Assembly: GCA_048772705.1 (NCBI GenBank)
Contig: JBLWGC010000109.1
Coordinates: forward strand, 248,001-312,000
Source: Leidyana gryllorum EB-2025a
Taxonomy: Eukaryota > Protista > Apicomplexa
Length of the DNA stretch: 64,000 bases
Direction: 5' to 3'
In this document: one piece after another, positions 12,701-21,990 of the stretch
How positions within the stretch are numbered: position 1 is the first letter of the stretch
How the letters are laid out: every line of letters starts with the position of its first letter
The notes under the pieces: generated by a model
What the model saw: the letters and a program-made list of their open reading frames with translations, nothing else
Database searches by the model: none
Told to the model about the DNA's origin: nothing
Position numbers and translations under genes: made by a program

Positions 12701-13710
12701 CTCCTCGGAATGTGATACCGCCGGTGTCGCTTGACAGTACCCTCCCTCAGATTTATGACATTGACCCCGTGTTTGTTAAGAGACCCTCAAGTGATGACAT
12801 TGAAGAAGAGGCCAAGTCGATGGTCCACAATCTCAACTCTCGCCGAAAGTCGGGAGAGATTATGACACAGAAAGCATTGGCTCAGGTCGATTTGGAAGTG
12901 GTCGAGCGACTATCCGGATCTCGGGCTGACTCGATCGCCTCCAATAACACCTCGGGACAACTCATCGTTGTCAAGGAGGCGGATCCCAACGGCGCCACAG
13001 CCAAGCGACGGGGCCGCAAGAGCAGCCGCAGTGCCTCGGCGTCCGCCGAGGGACGCTGTCCATCACGGCCACAGAGGGCTCGGAAACCAACACTTGTGGT
13101 TGTCGAGAGCACAATGGAGGCGCTCGAAGCTGCCGAAAAGAGAGCCGCCAAAAAGGCCGAACAGGAAGCCCGCCGCGTCGAAGCGGAGACCCGCAAGGCG
13201 TGGGCCGAAGCCAAACGAGCCGTTGCCGAACTCAAGAAAGCTGAAATTGATGCCAAGAAGGCCGCCAAGAGAGTTGAGGTTGAAAACCGAAGGAGACAGA
13301 GAGCAGAAGCCAAAGCCGCGGCCAAAGCGTCCAGCTCAGTGAGACGAACTACGAGAAAGAATAGTCTCGTCGCTCCGCCCTCTGCAAGATCGAGTCCGGG
13401 TCAACCCCTGAGTGGGGTGGATAGTACAGTTGATGAAACTATGGAAGAGCTGCCACTCCCTCCCACCCCACCGTTCCGAACTTTGGAGGCAACAGACCAT
13501 CCCACCGAGTTGGTGACGACCGATGCTCCATCTGAAACCGCAGTATCGGTACCGACCACTCCCATTGACGCTAAGGGCACGGAACCTATAGGTGTCGGCA
13601 AAGGACGCGGGCGAGGCCGCGGCCGTTCCGCGAGGTTGACCCCCACCGCCGCCGCAGCCGCAGAAGCCGTGGCTGCAGCAGCAGTTGTTCCGACTCCGTC
13701 AGTCTCCTAG
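3784..13710 (+). CDS. Giant 3308-aa, mostly low-complexity K/R/S/P/A-rich protein with a folded core containing two peroxiredoxin/AhpC-TSA-like domains
   Basis: 9.9-kb uninterrupted ORF; core segments LSDY..VMILAIDRLFPPETRAQL..WSYPI..VSLWNCNGRRLY and FSYPVILDGQKGLLESLGL..KIVVVDKNLNVYY (domain call less certain than the ORF). Confidence 0.8.
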   Translation: MNPLDSVPALATALTAASEVPGEERETLGGSCSTLIEQEEEEIKLHSRAAKRIQAPQPRVITAANAQPKKTAAKSTAKTKATVPTTTGGEDASGRQGERRRMAGSAIGGSDGNPITPQESLDGPAGVHERSGPAENMEVAAAVSSPKESRARTEVIEEGGDATALQRRLQAKCFQHFWMNGRKKDFPEHLGRLWEELQLSGLIAADRQYRDIREEIVSKALKAGSLKRIQNADAAESDSLKLSGSSAPFPRPQYDADIQRLLAGDELREGTLVDNLMPETLAVQTFLDQNGNDRRLRGEGGAEVNTKRTEAKKAKELAEHQKKKEEMEKMQKEGVQELRNAVGALLRQVKEDGNQAKRTKAVGTAKGTAQHPSRRGDQQTPEGDNSDDSGSDYSYQTGDSLLEGPLGDLLTSLDSKMGSRLPTEEVNPLVDAEHIRYSDDRLYVEEFSLLQFRMDGSERVDYETTWDDVQPGTPGLARNKGVAKAKAKAKARAKSRSRAPPRGTAEDAIDIDSGPQSSVSIAAEGYATAEMEEAKATNGLLRWWTQMIPRPHKMAKGLITGVYRCKNETDINGGGEPLELVDEDATTLCEHRRWYHNQMLRYMHPDPLENMSEAGDEMVVDEHGHMTAAEYYWEKIEAKGGYLLQMGALDKSVAGYVLPNTVDQWAAGGRILRSVYGMWIQSWKQDVRYRLSDYMSMRQKTHVMILAIDRLFPPETRAQLSVISRYMKDMPNNCEFIVATREEPWQVREYFALHEWSYPIGHASTTAMRVLTARRHDLGGPLGTFDKWTAGVSLWNCNGRRLYIHEGYMADLRLAMIPIMLCMYWRTVPCERLIGVPCTAMCWGGDAKVDSIREDGIKLMCNVHPQLLNVRQTMHERVKQATAPLTVYYQTWKGTTSFAEWTQRYTEQCSKPPHCYFIIHLEGMDQNPLLLKHLFDQYIIAQPLLASARAYMMLSIKPSNGWAADVKPSSPPVKDPPFHITDDFDTFGRFSYPVILDGQKGLLESLGLVISPPITGIVCKIVVVDKNLNVYYRDQSARTSWALGQALHVWQTHYLTLTPDILEYPILDSYTLYAQWMWKYAYNPNSLAPRDLAPIERPEYQHLPILVFVKSVAYKGPCRTHVLWCRNNLPEPLFTQKPFLQCLNLIDYRYPTSICWTGRYPECRMTGTFATPKDIAGQIWARDYWSHRSARRLAACPDYPCEMYADGVRPFSTVPPIRLSKGRRRAGTGYVKPTVIPEVDVKLVGAAAWELTRDEIWPEVMVDPDALTAPPFPWKCYGTPQLTETHTKWAALFPEGFDLTCLPRARTPTPPRSSVYLCRSQGKRYQIRMLHPGAYVPDSEEEEEIRKEEAIREISREKLRLQKIRQETRKQSSWRPLEGDSDGESEVEREAPLHNILEPAVEINELTDGREHPVPGVLLDPMESQTAAKRRTQVTFKSTPTSCVSYVIETGPLRKPGPPMERIPAPLDRGNKKRPQLQPDSDVESYEEESDNNSAVDPSYRPTQRPTKHLKTENGPAAAPVEKKGPVTRAAKLTPADNKDAEEEETFEAERRRKACELMTRQKITRKLQEACRPNDSFVSQVSNEVAAGPDPKALRARVPSGSKRKVQTAGSVPSDNEEDAKVAELMLRTMNLPQNLYRKGKFLTAANSDVAPDESFCSDLDQKRRELLIKANDLAPRAFKVICLPATGADVWDRMLAPNHPDARGRVGIHGGVVLYLGTELIKRPHKLYSLKPQEISNNSASLVLQIAHDLNETNNNGPLVYRLERDQPALYLYNSDNISFLVVIHPPDPQVDDDEDKSSAVDNQALGPDQRLGADQTLVNDKQFAVFQRIYILLKPVKVTRPPPTPTQGQYITLAADRDGIPRKDQRHFVAHGLGFINFRDMEPYQDNVTRKTRKALSPTAIQEAPAGKKRKVQPSKPISDDQQAQTLNPNPPQPATSTNQVPTETIAKRQRSTRSNKVTPTITDEAIETKPAPSRTRQPSKPTTTRVLRSAGTPNQDVTEAQQAPAAKTSPPRNQPRTRKMSKSPFLEGTPEEEQVGKFGSNKIAPKPAGRRAADAKPKIKEEDHVKPPAKPKAATRKGSSASKPVEITPSASLSSSAYFTPQLAEEAHACAPGPAHGKIKEEDPVKPRAKPKAATRKASSASKPMRINSAEFPPSSYITPKLTEEAHACAPQPAQRRTTKKPQNPVDVDQASAPAPKRKGTRSNPSSAAISSKQEPIEEEFEGISTKVVERKIHDPLKTEAKAAAAKAAAAEAAAAKAAAAKDAAAKVAAAKVAAAKAATAKAVAAKAAAAKAAEGRGTSKSRSAKGVTPEAQQSGTDPNEALERPSSGAEAVPKRGKRSASRTDPQSAKEASGEVKMRSAGGKSPAAAGETVRQSRAKARAGLRSGARRESGDESQSSPPEVTSSSVAQGAGPSTERGRGAAAGTTVKRRGAGQRSAEVPQAAPGSDEASDFDEEVSESSEVVPAGEAHRTAGLEGADRIIEAARHIKARLRAAEARDHTLARVRTSTIVMETTARAFNVIAMNELMRMGCTMDMVHGLLNRRQAAQARGAGSEDLDVLAVDALFTPEITQAALEFVAERLMLYDPATDKACGPLDEAATHLLEHLETCRQSSPEAPANSKSCRAAAKQSSKAKQGRAIEVVHRDRQRSRIPKEQRVITVETLQKRQSSTKRTAVSKGTSLSRTTTVTNVSCERITPEATEAPQSAPRKLSAPDEQLSPHAESRRCSVSAPPKGQLPLTEESYPTETEQIAPRTPITMMTPKSDLPAPSLVPSESSSSSVKSESVQQPTVVLRPVKPRASKARANAMSAALMAESDSLSSEGGHEMPSSSSGTERAVVRRQPRAHTASVSVSHEDLDQVIRNLERGASATDQSTKGPSHTAATILNGPTPSTSPNVRKEDCDPHGQHQRVVDQLIDRAVRSTSRNPKRGRSASRDRQLLIELQAPQPKKTRQRVSRSRAPVPLVAVPPPRNVIPPVSLDSTLPQIYDIDPVFVKRPSSDDIEEEAKSMVHNLNSRRKSGEIMTQKALAQVDLEVVERLSGSRADSIASNNTSGQLIVVKEADPNGATAKRRGRKSSRSASASAEGRCPSRPQRARKPTLVVVESTMEALEAAEKRAAKKAEQEARRVEAETRKAWAEAKRAVAELKKAEIDAKKAAKRVEVENRRRQRAEAKAAAKASSSVRRTTRKNSLVAPPSARSSPGQPLSGVDSTVDETMEELPLPPTPPFRTLEATDHPTELVTTDAPSETAVSVPTTPIDAKGTEPIGVGKGRGRGRGRSARLTPTAAAAAEAVAAAAVVPTPSVS
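9961..10317 (+). repeat. Two ~180-nt tandem units in the giant ORF (KIKEED.VKP.AKPKAATRK...EEAHACAP)
   Basis: Units 9961-10140 and 10141-10317 align by eye. Confidence 0.9.
10516..10677 (+). repeat. 15-nt tandem repeat GCAAAGGCTGCTGCG (~11 copies) encoding AKAAA
   Basis: Directly visible. Confidence 0.95.
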
Positions 13711-14080
13711 ATCGATATAGTTAGATTGAGACATTATTATTGATTGATGATTGAGCAACCCACTCGCCCCTCTGTGTGTGTGTACCTTCTACCACTCCGC
13801 AAGGGCATTGAGGTCCTATCAGACAGCAGGAGCCCTTTATGGCAGCCTGAGGCTGCGCGCGGATCAAAAGGAGAGAAATTGTCGCAATGTTTGCAATAGT
13901 CGAGTTGGCACAGGTTATGATGCGCACACACAAGATGTCTATCATTAGCAGTGACTCGACGGTCTTCTGGAGGGGAGGCGATGACGATTAGTCAGTCTTC
14001 TTATGGACTCTATCTTTAGATCTCTGGAGGAGGACTCTCGATCTTTCTCTCTCTCTCAGGCTCAGGCTCAGGTGTCTGGT

Positions 14081-15981
14081 CTAGACAAAAGAAGGACAAT
14101 TCCTGGGGCTGCAACGCGCATCATTGTCGCTCGGGCACACCGTCTGCGTCAGGAAACAAGAATAAGCACAATCTTTGATTGCTGCAAGCTGCAAAGGCGC
14201 AGTCTCTTCTCCCCAGACGGTATCATATCGGGCGAGTTGAGCGAGCGGAATCTGAGTGGAAAAGAGATGACAGCGGCGCATCCGGTTTAACTTTACCTGC
14301 ACTTGACCGGGTAGTGCGGCATAGTCGAATTCCTTGCCAGTTTCAATGCCCGTTCGAGGCAGAAGCACTCGCTCATCACAGGAGAAGGTCTTGGGACAGG
14401 GGAACAAGTCTGTGGAATCCCCTTGCATAATGACATTGCGAACCTCCACGAGATTACGCAGCTTCTCTACAAAGGAACGATCCGAAATCAGACCCTTGCC
14501 AAAGGTGACAACAGCAACCTGGACGCTGTTACAGGAGCCAAACTTCTCGCATAGCACTCTTTGCATATGGGAAGCCAGAATTGCGGCACCGCCTGAGCTC
14601 GGAAGGTCTGCTCCGGCGAAGATCAACTGCACAACGAGCGAATTATCTGATAGCAAAAGGTCTGCTCACCCGAAGGGGCTCTTGAAGGTTCGTAAGGTCC
14701 CTTGACTCGTACCAGGCGTCAAGAGCGAACTCCATGACTCCTGATAGTGTTTGGAAAATGGTACTCGATCCATCATGAACTTCGCCGGTAAAGTTGTACA
14801 GATACTTGAAACTGAACTGGTGGTAAAGAGCCAGTCGCGCGTCGTAGGTGGTCAGGGGGCGTCGGAAAACAAACAGAAGGTCGTTGCCCTTCGAAGACAT
14901 CGTCGCATAAGGGGATCTCAAAGTCGGGCCTCCCATGAACCGGGGCTCGTTCATCATGAATACGCGCTCAGTGCGCCATCCTGGAATAAGCTCTTCCGGG
15001 GCCTTCTCAGTCTTAAAGAGATCGTGAATGCCAACATTGGCACGTTCTACTCTACGTGGAACCGCTCTGGCCCCACCACCAAGCTGTTGGAGAGCGGTCA
15101 GATACTCAGCTTCTGCCCAGCGGTCCAAGTGGTCAATGGCCTTCCACAACAGATAGTAGACAGGGTACTCGGAACGCGCAACACTCGATTCTATAACATC
15201 GGGCGTACTAGCGAATTGCTGAATGTGCAGATCCGCGGGGTACCGGTTCGCCGAAATTGGGCCTGCATTGCGCGTGTAGACAGAGGCGTCATGGCAGTGA
15301 TGGGAGGCAAACAGGGCAGAGAGGAGACGCGATCGAACGCAAACACACGTGCGGTCAAACAAACTTACGTAGACATTCTTCGGGAACTCGGGTCCAGCCA
15401 TAATCATTTTCGAACGACAACTTGGAGCTGACGTCTTGTGCATCAGCATAGGTGTAGTCGGTGAGGCATTGACTGTCTGCGATTGAGAGATAGATATGTT
15501 AGAGCGGAATTACGGAGCAATACTTACTTTGTGACCAATTTCCTACAGCGAAGCAGAAATCCTCCGCTTTAAAGGAGGGATCAAAAGTGGCGCAGAATTG
15601 CTCTGCAAAGGAGGCTTCTGGATTTGTCGGTTGGGAACGGACGAGGGCGACTAGGTTCTTGACGGCACCGGATAGCAAGGTGTCCCAAACGGCATTCTTC
15701 CGTCGCTGTTTAGCGGTATAACGGAGGTCTTTGGTCGACAAGCCCTGAACTGAATTCTTGTAGACAGTTTGCAATTCGGATGTCAGCTTCATCAGTCCCA
15801 TTGAGGTTCTGGAGGGGTACGCTTGAGCTTTATTGGCAGAGTCGAGAGTGCCACACAACGGATTGGGCCGGTAGTCGCCAGCTTTCCAGTATTCAATGAT
15901 GGGATAAAAGTCGGACTCAGATGTGAGGACGGCGGAGGCCAGACTGGCCGCCGCGACGGAAGCCACAAGGTTCAACAACAT
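14081..15981 (-). CDS. Secreted class 3 lipase-like protein with degenerate active site, multi-exon
   Basis: Signal peptide MLLNLVASVAAASLASA; LLFVFRR, GEVHDG..IF, LIFAG..GGAAILAS, VVTFGKG, VIMQGD..LFP occur in Lipase_3 order; GT-AG introns join the ORF pieces. Confidence 0.7.
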
Positions 15982-16028
15982 CTGACACAAGTCGCTATGA
16001 GAAGCAAAAGAACAATTTTTGAATACGA

Positions 16029-17207
16029 ATGAAGCAGCAGAAAGGAGGGGAGGTGAAGCAAAGAGATGGTAACGAGGACGAAAATATGAGTTCAGAACCT
16101 GATGAGGATGAGGAGGGCTCACTGGAACTAATGACTTCGAGTGATGATGGTGATGAAAAGGAGGACGGCGACGGCGAAGACGGGGATGAGGAGAGCAGCG
16201 ATGACGAACCTATAGTAGAACCACCTACGACTCGTGTGTTACCGGAGCGAGTCACCCGTGGGCGGCGTTTGAGAGAGCTGCAAGGCGACGATGCTAATAT
16301 GGATGCTGAGTTTTGGGCGCACGACACCTGGGAAGAGGAGGAAGACGACGTTGAATGGTCAACGGATGACGAGGGGAGGTATCGTGACAAGTTCGACTCT
16401 GACTTTCTGGCTTCGGATTCTCCGGAAGAGCACGAGAGCGAAGAAGAGCGGGTGGGAAAGGCCGCTGATAGGGCTATCCGTCAACAGGAGGTCAGAGCGC
16501 GGAAGAAGTTCAACTATGAGGCGGTTGTAAAGCGACGAGCAGAACGAAAGCAGAAGAGCAGTCGGATTTGGAGTGTATTGGACCCTCAATTCGTGCCTCC
16601 GCCTCGTGCCGGGAAGGGGAAAAAATCTTTCATCGTGAATCAGACCAACCTGATGAACGAGGCTCGGAAGGTGGAAGAGGCAAATAAGCGATTACAGCAA
16701 CTGTATGACGAGGATCTATTGCTCAGTAAAGGGCACCACTCTACACCAAGTCGCAATGCGGCCTCCGGTGGACACCACGAGTTCAAGTTCACCGGTCCTG
16801 TCGCGACTTGGGTAAGTTGGTCAAGTGATCGTAAAATCGAGCACGAGGAAGCACGAAAGACTCCAGCCCAGAGAGAAGCTGAGGCTCGAATGGATCCGGT
16901 TGAGCGTCAAGTGATTATATTCACCGATGTCACGACCCCTCAGAACAGCAAAATACCCTCTATATATCGTCAGCGACACAAAGAACGCCACATTTGTGCT
17001 GCCACTGGCCGCCCAGCAATGTATGTCGAACCTTTAACGCGTACGCCATATGCGACAGAAGAAGCCTTCCAACAGATTCGAATTACTGCATTACAAGACC
17101 AATTCGCCAAAGTCGATGCACTCACAGCCAAAGCCACCAGGAGAATGGAGCGATTGCGCGCGGCGTGGCCGGGGAACCCGGCAGATCACGTTTCCGGCAC
17201 ACTCTAA
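16029..17207 (+). CDS. VPS72: Vps72/YL1 (SWR1 complex H2A.Z chaperone subunit)
   Basis: LPERVTRGRR, acidic EEEEDDVEW..DKFDSDF, C-terminal CAATGRPAMYVEPLTRTPYATEEAFQQIR (YL1_C). Confidence 0.88.
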   Translation: MKQQKGGEVKQRDGNEDENMSSEPDEDEEGSLELMTSSDDGDEKEDGDGEDGDEESSDDEPIVEPPTTRVLPERVTRGRRLRELQGDDANMDAEFWAHDTWEEEEDDVEWSTDDEGRYRDKFDSDFLASDSPEEHESEEERVGKAADRAIRQQEVRARKKFNYEAVVKRRAERKQKSSRIWSVLDPQFVPPPRAGKGKKSFIVNQTNLMNEARKVEEANKRLQQLYDEDLLLSKGHHSTPSRNAASGGHHEFKFTGPVATWVSWSSDRKIEHEEARKTPAQREAEARMDPVERQVIIFTDVTTPQNSKIPSIYRQRHKERHICAATGRPAMYVEPLTRTPYATEEAFQQIRITALQDQFAKVDALTAKATRRMERLRAAWPGNPADHVSGTL

Positions 17208-17288
17208 GTAGTATTCTGTTATGACAATAGTAAATATATAGTTAGCCATGACCACAATTCGTTCTAATACACAGAAATATCGTTCTAT

Positions 17289-17507
17289 TCAACTGTATTG
17301 AGGCTGAAGAGGCCGCTGCCCCTTCAGAGCTCTGATGCAATTAACCACTCCGCTATGGAACTGGATCTGATCGTTTAAAACTCCTTTCATCGCCTCGCTC
17401 CGTCCAGTGATTGAATATGTCAAAGTCACTACAGCCACAGTGATGACGCCCGCGATCAGCGCCGGGGTAGTCCACTTGCCACCACGTGCTTGTCTGTGAC
17501 CTCTCAT
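17289..17507 (-). CDS. Small single-TM protein (weak PET117-like resemblance)
   Basis: 72-aa ORF with ATG, hydrophobic ALIAGVITVAVVTLTY followed by EAMKGVLND. Confidence 0.4.
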   Translation of the reverse strand: MRGHRQARGGKWTTPALIAGVITVAVVTLTYSITGRSEAMKGVLNDQIQFHSGVVNCIRALKGQRPLQPQYS

Positions 17508-17534
17508 ACTATTTTTTTGATTGCTACTTTCAAT

Positions 17535-20500
17535 ATGGAACCCAGTTCAATTGACCTCCTTGCCACTCTTTATGGCCTCAACGGTATTCTATCCATTTTT
17601 GAGCGCAATGCTATGTAGCGCAAAGACTCTGCTCGAAATCTGTTGAAAGGACCATCCCTAGTAACATGGGCACAGGTATGATCTGTGCGATGGCTGCAAC
17701 ATCATCGGCCCTAGACCAAGGGATCCGTCGCCCCCATCATTCAAAAGGATAGCTTCTTGATCCGTTGGACTGAATCAGCCCTCCGCAGTACGGTTATCCC
17801 CACACAGCGGTAGAGCTTCTTATACCCATTGGCACGTAGACATGGGGGAGCTTATAGTCTCTGGACTTGGCGTTTTGAAACATTCGCACGCCCTGGACTT
17901 CCTCAGTGCCGCAGCGCATCTCAACGTCATCCTCACTGAAGATCTAACTGACGTGATTCAGGCGATCAAAGCAATCAAGTACCGATTTGTCGTAGGGTGT
18001 CGACCGTTTGAGAGGATAAAATCGTGTGTGCTGCCCTCGCGCGTCTCAGAGCATTCTGGATCCGGAGTTGCTTTTGCTCAACCAATGGGCGCCGGAGCCC
18101 CTAACGGTACAGGAAGCGGTGGAGTGGTGCAAGGATTCAACTCAACACCCGTCTTTGATGATGATTTGTGGCGTTGTCCGGGCACTGAGGGAGACTCACA
18201 TGCAGGTCGCTCGCGACATCTGGCTTTGTGGGAAGTGTGAAACCCTCCTCGTGTCCGGAACAGATGTCCAGACATCTGACAAACGGCCCAGGTGAAGATG
18301 AATAGCACGAGTCGAAAAGCCTTTATCATCGTACTACAAGTAGCTCATGGCGTTATGGGCAGGGCGAGAACCATTTGGTCCGGCTCGCTTGGGTGGATGC
18401 TTCTGCAGCACCATCCCTCACGAAGTGTCCGAGCTGTGAGAGCGACCGGATACTGAAAAGAATACCCTTGGCGGAGTGCGTCATGGAGCCGGAGGCCTTG
18501 GTGTTCAGGTATGCTGGCTGGCGGTGGCATTAGGATAGCCACCCCCCGACGTAACTATCGCCAACGTAGATTGGAGGACTTTCCATGTTTCTTGCCGGCG
18601 AAAACGGACGAAGACGAGGACCAATTGGTGGAGGCGGGCACCGCACGGCCATTGTGCCGCCCTGAAATTGAATGCTGGGTGACCCGACAAGTAGCCGCAC
18701 CTGATGGACCGACCTCTGTCCGTGACAGGTACTCTCGCCTAAACTGCGGCCGGCCGTATCGGCACACATCTGCGTCTATGGAGTGCCTAGCGCCATCAAA
18801 TATCAGACGCGCGGTATGTTGGGCAGTCAACGACTTCGGCTGAGCTGCCTACAGAGCGATCAAGACTCCAACCGACTGTCTTTTTGGTGTCCTATGAGCC
18901 GGTCCCGGTAACCTGAAGTGTAGGTTGGCCACCCGTGATCGAATGACAGCCGGCTGCTGGACTTCGTGGAGGCTTGCGAGACGGTGATTGCGGAGAGCTC
19001 GAAGAGGATAGCAAGAGCACTCCACATTTATCCTTTCTCCTTCATTCCATTAAAGACACCCAAGTCGGCTGCTTGCGTACGTAGGGTTCGTCCGTCGATC
19101 ACCACCCCATCATTGGGAGCGATTCAGCGGACTCTCTCGTTCATCCGATCGCGTTGGCTATGCTGATGCCTTATGTGGACGTCGGTGTCAACACGCCCCC
19201 ATTAACAGCTCGATTAGCCATCGTTGGCGGGGTGAGTGAAGTGTCAATATATTACCACAGCAGCAGAAATTGACCAACTGGCGTCAACTATGTGAAATCT
19301 TTGGAGGTGATAGGGTGTAATAGAGCTCGACTAAACCCTCCACCTCAGCCACATGCATAGACGTTGGCAAAGACCGGAAGGATGATCTTGCGGAACATCT
19401 TTTCACCCTGCCAGACCGCACAGGGTTCTGGCACTATGTATCGGGTGAGTTCTGATACCTGGGTTGGATCGGACAGAGAGAGCTCATCTTTTGTCACGCC
19501 TATTAGCGGTCTTTCAGACCGAATCTGTAATTGTGATACGGAACGCTGAGAAGCTGACGAAAGATGAATTGGTGCGCAAACGAGCAGTATAAGTAGATTG
19601 AGAGGGATTGTCCTTCCAGTTACGGATAGCGAATACTGGGGCGCCGAACGAAGTAGTTACATCGACGCGTCGGAATGGCAGCTGCGCTCGGCAGATAGAA
19701 AGTCGAACCCGAGTCCTCATCTTTGTGACCGAAACGGTGCACGAGTGAGACCCTTATAGGGAAGCATTTGTTCAACGCTTGGGCCGATAGTGTCTTTAAC
19801 ACCGACTTGCTAAAACTGCTGCCGGCTGTGGACTTGTGTTGGGATGCGCGCGGAGTGGAATTGAAGGAGAAAAGGTTTGAGTGCTTCACATCCCAGACTG
19901 AGTTGGTGGCACAACTACAAGATTATATCGGTGAAATTGTAGGAAGGGCTCTTATTGCTCCGAGTGTGAGTCGGATGGATTGGAATTCAGACGCCAACAC
20001 GGCGTTTCGAGAGCAAATTGTGCCTGTAATGGCCGGCCGGTTCAAGGATACGGGAAGTCCAATTTCGGCCGGGAACTGCGTTCGTGTGCTACACAAGTTG
20101 GTGACCACTGGAGTACGGCTTGACCGAGGTTCTGAGGTGACGAAGCAAAAGGTGGAAGCGATACTGGATGCTGTGAGAGGAGCCCAGTGGCCACGGCCGG
20201 GTGTCAAGACACAAATTGAGCCCTGGAGTCGTGTCAAAGCAGAGGAACCACTGAAGAAGGTAAATTGGGAGCTTGTGTGCTGTGTTATGCACACGATTGT
20301 GTGTCCGCGCGCGACTATGACTGGCATGTGGGGAACGTCCTAAAGCCATATTTGTGCAGAAACGGAAGGGGAGTTGGTCACGGATGTAAGTGAATAATAG
20401 GGCATTGCGATAACAATGCTGGAAGGTCTGCATTCCTGATGGCAATACTGCCCAAAATTCTAGAAGGCCCGGTATCTGAGCAGGTAAGCCACAGCCGCGC

Positions 20501-21928
20501 CATTGGCTCCGGATACCTAAAATTTGGACTTGCGACAGATTCTAAAAGAGCGAGTTGAACAGGAATTGTTGCAAGAGGCGAATTGGGGCGCAGCCGAGAT
20601 ACAAGACGTCCGCTTTATAGTAGCTAGAGGACTCGAGGAAGGTGAGAGAAGACCAAGTTGGGATAGTGGTGGTCTCCTATAGCGAATAGGCAAGGGTGGA
20701 TCCTTAGATGCTCAGAAGGTTTCAAACTGGGGATAATCTGAACGAAGACACTTCCAATGTTGGGAAATCGCAGCGTAGCCTTAGCGCCCCTCTCCTCCTG
20801 AAGGGGGCGCTTGTGGAAGGGTTGAAAAATCATTCCAGAGATAGAACGAAGGCACCCACTCGAAGTAATAATCCTTGGAAGCGAGTGACATGGGGGGACA
20901 AGAGAAGTCGTCGTCATCAAACATTAGCGAAATGGAAAATGCTGGTTCGCAGTGTTATTCGAACACTGGTTGAAGGTGAATGGCGGGGGTTGGGTCTGAT
21001 GATTTTTGCCGCCTGTTGTCCGCTGGTTGATCTTACGCAGTGCTGTGCAGAAGGAGCTACTGAGACAGACTTTTGGGTCGCGGTTGACGACATATTCGAC
21101 GCGGCCAATCTCCAAGAAAGTCTCGAAATGATAGTGGAGCTTTACGCAGACTATTGGGTCGAAGGTCAACGAGAAGCGGATGAGGAGGAATGGGAAGCCG
21201 AGGCACAACAGACTGAATTGGAGGAGTGGATGAAGTACAAATACTCCGTCTTATCTGATACGCCTGGTGTACCCGACCTAGCCTTACTGGCCGCGAATAG
21301 TACCGATCCTCAAACGGTGCTCAATGTGACGAAGCAACTTCTGGAATTGTCGAGCCGCCAGTCAACTCTTTCCACCTGCGACTCCGATAACAACTCCGCC
21401 GAGAACAAATGTGCAACGAAAGATGGAGACGATGATGATGATGAAGAAGCAACGCAAGATAGTCATAAAACTGAAGGGGTACAGTCTCGAAGTGAGCAAT
21501 GTGCTCCACGGATACATGGCGAAGAGGATGACAAGTTTGTAAGCGACAAGCTTGATGACTTGGAATTGCAGCAAATGCTACATTGCCACCGGTCTCGACC
21601 GCCGGATCGATCGCTGCAGAACACTGGAGCTCTTCACCCAGCTATGTCGGGAGCTACGGTTCTCCCACCGTCCAAGGGGCGGGGTAGCAGCCTTATAAAG
21701 GGTGTCATGCGAAGCGGCCACAACGTAGTCCGAGGACCAATGGAAAACGGCTATGATGGTCCAACAGGCGGGCTGGCAAACCACAATATGTACCTTCATT
21801 CAGGTACAAAAGTGTGTGGTCGCCCGCCCACACACCCTACTGGTGGGAGACATCTGAAACCCAAGGCCCCGATGGGCCGCCAAGGCATTGCCTCCAAAGG
21901 CGGTCGTGGCCGTGGGGGCCGAAGATAG
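17535..21928 (+). CDS. Intron-rich gene; highly divergent dynein-heavy-chain-like AAA4-AAA6 region lacking stalk and buttress
   Basis: Successive GT-AG introns (e.g. 18908-18949, 19081-19127, 20260-20359, plus several of 30-55 nt) give a continuous frame over ~18570-20640; motifs RLLDFV, LPDRTG, VIVIRNAE, VLIFVTE, FNTDLLKLLPAVDL fall in dynein order; 5' exons and start uncertain. Confidence 0.55.
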
Positions 21929-21990
21929 CGTATAATTTTCCTTTTCATCGTTTTAGAATCTGTTCGAAAACAATCTTAGTATAATAGAAC

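Noticed and set aside
13715-14075. Small ORFs or ncRNA between the giant ORF and the lipase (also 53340-53730)
   Set aside because: No convincing frame, motif or RNA structure; may be UTR
17800-20350. Fragmented ORFs as a decayed transposon
   Set aside because: No RT, integrase or transposase motifs or terminal repeats; explained by splicing
20341-20800. Many in-frame stops in a protein-like frame, suggesting stop-codon recoding or RIP-like decay
   Set aside because: GT-AG introns remove the stops and give a coherent frame; other genes use TAA, TAG and TGA as normal stops
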